The notes beneath the pieces are model-generated. The model saw only the letters and a program-made list of their open reading frames with translations, did not search any database and had not been told where the DNA came from. A DNA stretch of 64,000 nucleotides from Mizuhopecten yessoensis. Taxonomy: Eukaryota. Location of the stretch: assembly GCF_002113885.1 (NCBI RefSeq), contig NW_018405538.1:37362-101361 (forward strand), written 5' to 3'. This document shows, piece after piece, positions 63,857 to 64,000 of the stretch (the first letter of the stretch is position 1; each line of letters begins with the position of its first letter). The translations under genes and the position numbers were made by a program.

Positions 63857-64000
63857 CTATCAAAATGCAACACAAATTGGCGTTTAAATATTGTTTTAAT
63901 TAAACATTTAAGATTATTTCAATTAAATGTGATTTTATAGCTAAACACAAGAAGGTGGTCTGAGTAATATATTTAATGAATGGCGATATACACATTGCAA

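Overview
AT-rich animal genomic DNA, probably mollusc/bivalve (inferred from intron-rich genes, a V-domain tRNA-SINE, CR1/L2-type LINEs and GACCTTTGACCTT-type repeats). It is not prokaryotic and has no CRISPR array. Three spliced genes were rebuilt by hand from GT-AG sites and codon phase: an ISG12/IFI27-family gene (+; exons 2320-2394 and 13967-14265), a complete VAMP4 (+; 7 coding exons, 35529-55863, 144 aa) and the 3' part of a TMC1/2/3-group channel gene (-; 9 exons, 63856-57483). More than half the window is minisatellite/satellite DNA, and nearly all long ORFs in the ORF track are artefacts of these arrays. Mobile DNA includes a solo LTR (4-bp TSD), a frameshifted APE-RT LINE, a displaced PHD-finger LINE fragment, a SINE nested in an antisense SINE, a non-autonomous MULE-like element (9-bp TSD) and a palindromic MITE-like element. 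The main observation is that tandem arrays repeatedly start at, and are built from, splice signals. The 11.5-kb intron of the IFI27-like gene is an amplification of its own exon end plus GTGAGT donor. VAMP4 has a 6x in-frame donor array, an 8x acceptor array, a repeated branch-point-like region, a 10-kb satellite beginning at the first intron base and a duplicated putative 5'UTR exon. The TMC intron may hold a decayed acceptor array.
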